From NCBI RefSeq assembly GCF_006345805.1, contig NC_043000.1:111724001-111788000 (forward strand): DNA of 64,000 nt. The letters are read 5' to 3'. The DNA comes from Octopus sinensis (Eukaryota). Numbering within the stretch: the first letter of the stretch is position 1; every line of letters begins with the position of its first letter. The notes beneath the pieces were generated by a model, which saw nothing but the letters and a program-made list of their open reading frames with translations, searched no databases and was not told the DNA's origin. A program made the position numbers and the translations under genes. Below, piece by piece: positions 62,401 to 64,000 of this stretch.

Positions 62401-63403
62401 CACCCATGATGGTGGCATGTAAAAAAATCAACCTTTGAACATTGGGCCTCATGGGGGGGGGGGGGGCGAGTGGCTGAGTTCCTTTCAAGTGTTGGGCCTC
62501 ATGGAGGCAATAACCAAGACCTTTGGCATTATGTCGTGCTTGAGAAGAAGACCCATCAATCTAATCAAAATCGCAGTCGTGGCAGATATTGGTGTCACAC
62601 AGATTGGCACATAAACATGCTCCCTCAAAAGTATTGAGCCCCCTCCTTAATCTGCTTCCTCCATCTGTGGTGATGACAAGTTTTCCTCAGAGGATTAGAA
62701 ACCAAGGACTCCGCTTGTATGACAGTGACACTCATTTACAACAATCACCTGATGTCGAGGCAAGGAGACAGTAATACACACACACACACACACTTACTCA
62801 CAACAGGCTTCTTTTCAGTTTCCATCACTCAGGAGGCTTTGGTTGGCCCAGAGTTATAGTTGAAGATATTTTCCTAAGGTACAACCCAGCTATGGGTTAA
62901 CTAGCAAACCCCCTTGCAACTGAGTGGTGGGGGTGAGTAGAATGCAGTTGCTGCATTCCCTGTGTGGCTTAAGAGGCAACTAAAAGGGGCAGGAGCGAGG
63001 GGACTGGAATCCTCCCCTCCAAGTAAATCCATTTTCCTAAAAAGACAGCAAGAAAATGACAAAGAGCTGAGAAAAAATGAATGGAATGCCTGGTGTGTCT
63101 TGTGGCTACCCCGTCCTAAAAAAATGGGGAATAGGCCTGGGTATATATATATAATAATTATTTGAGGGAATATTATTCCTAACTTACAGGGAAACATTCA
63201 ATTTAGAAATACTAAATCAAATTTCACAAAACATAATATATATATAAAAATTAGAAAAAAACCACCATTTGTCAATTCAAAATGAACAATTAAATTACAC
63301 CATCTAGAAAATTACATATAATAGAAATATTAAAAATAAAATAACAATAATATACCGACAATTAAGTAAATTGCAAAATCATAATAAAAACGTATATATT
63401 TGG

Positions 63404-64000
63404 TATATATATATACTACACACACACACACACATATATATACTACACACACACACACACATATATACTACACACACACACATATATACTACACACACAC
63501 ACACATATATACTACACACACACACACATATATATACTACACACACACACACATATACTACACACACACATATATACTACACACACACACACATATATAC
63601 TACACACACACACATATATACTACACACACACATATATACTACACACACACACATATAAACTACACACACACACACACACACATATATACTACACACACA
63701 CACACACATATACTACACACACATATACTACATACACACACACATACTACACACACACACACACATATACTACACACCACACACACATATACTACACACA
63801 CACACACATACTACACACACACACACATACTACACACACACACATATACTACACACACACACACATATACTACACACACACACATATACTACACACACAC
63901 ACATATACTACACACACCACACACATATACTACACACACACATATACTACACACACCACACACACACACATATATACACACACACACACACACATACTAC
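63404..64000. repeat. Compound satellite of units TA(TA)0-3CTA(CA)n, running off the window end
   Basis: Roughly 30 variable-length units of about 15-25 bp. Confidence 0.9.

Overview
Repeat-dense, AT-rich eukaryotic DNA. The tRNA-derived SINE, RTE, mariner and microsatellite content resembles an octopus (coleoid cephalopod) genome; this is pattern recognition, not a database result. Nearly all ORFs in the track are spurious translations of repeats. One real protein-coding gene can be assembled by hand on the + strand from GT-AG exons with consistent phases: 21852-22003, 28287-28359, 33550-33737 (least certain), 35182-36245, 38738-38859, 41823-41934 and 44887-45743. It encodes about 855 aa, or 768 aa if exons 2 and 3 are skipped together. 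The product has about 20 extracellular residues, one transmembrane helix with a glycine zipper, a juxtamembrane CxxC, and a long disordered tail with 23-26 tyrosines, mostly YxxV/I/L/P. This is the architecture of a PAG1/Cbp-like transmembrane adaptor protein. The introns and flanks contain Penelope-type minimal hammerhead ribozyme motifs (one with an intact core on the antisense strand, several decayed), three fold-back or inverted repeat structures, a 42-bp tandem array of exact KLF/CACCC motifs, a near full-length decayed mariner, piggyBac-like MITEs, RTE fragments (one with a PHD-like finger inside the RT region) and many SINEs.
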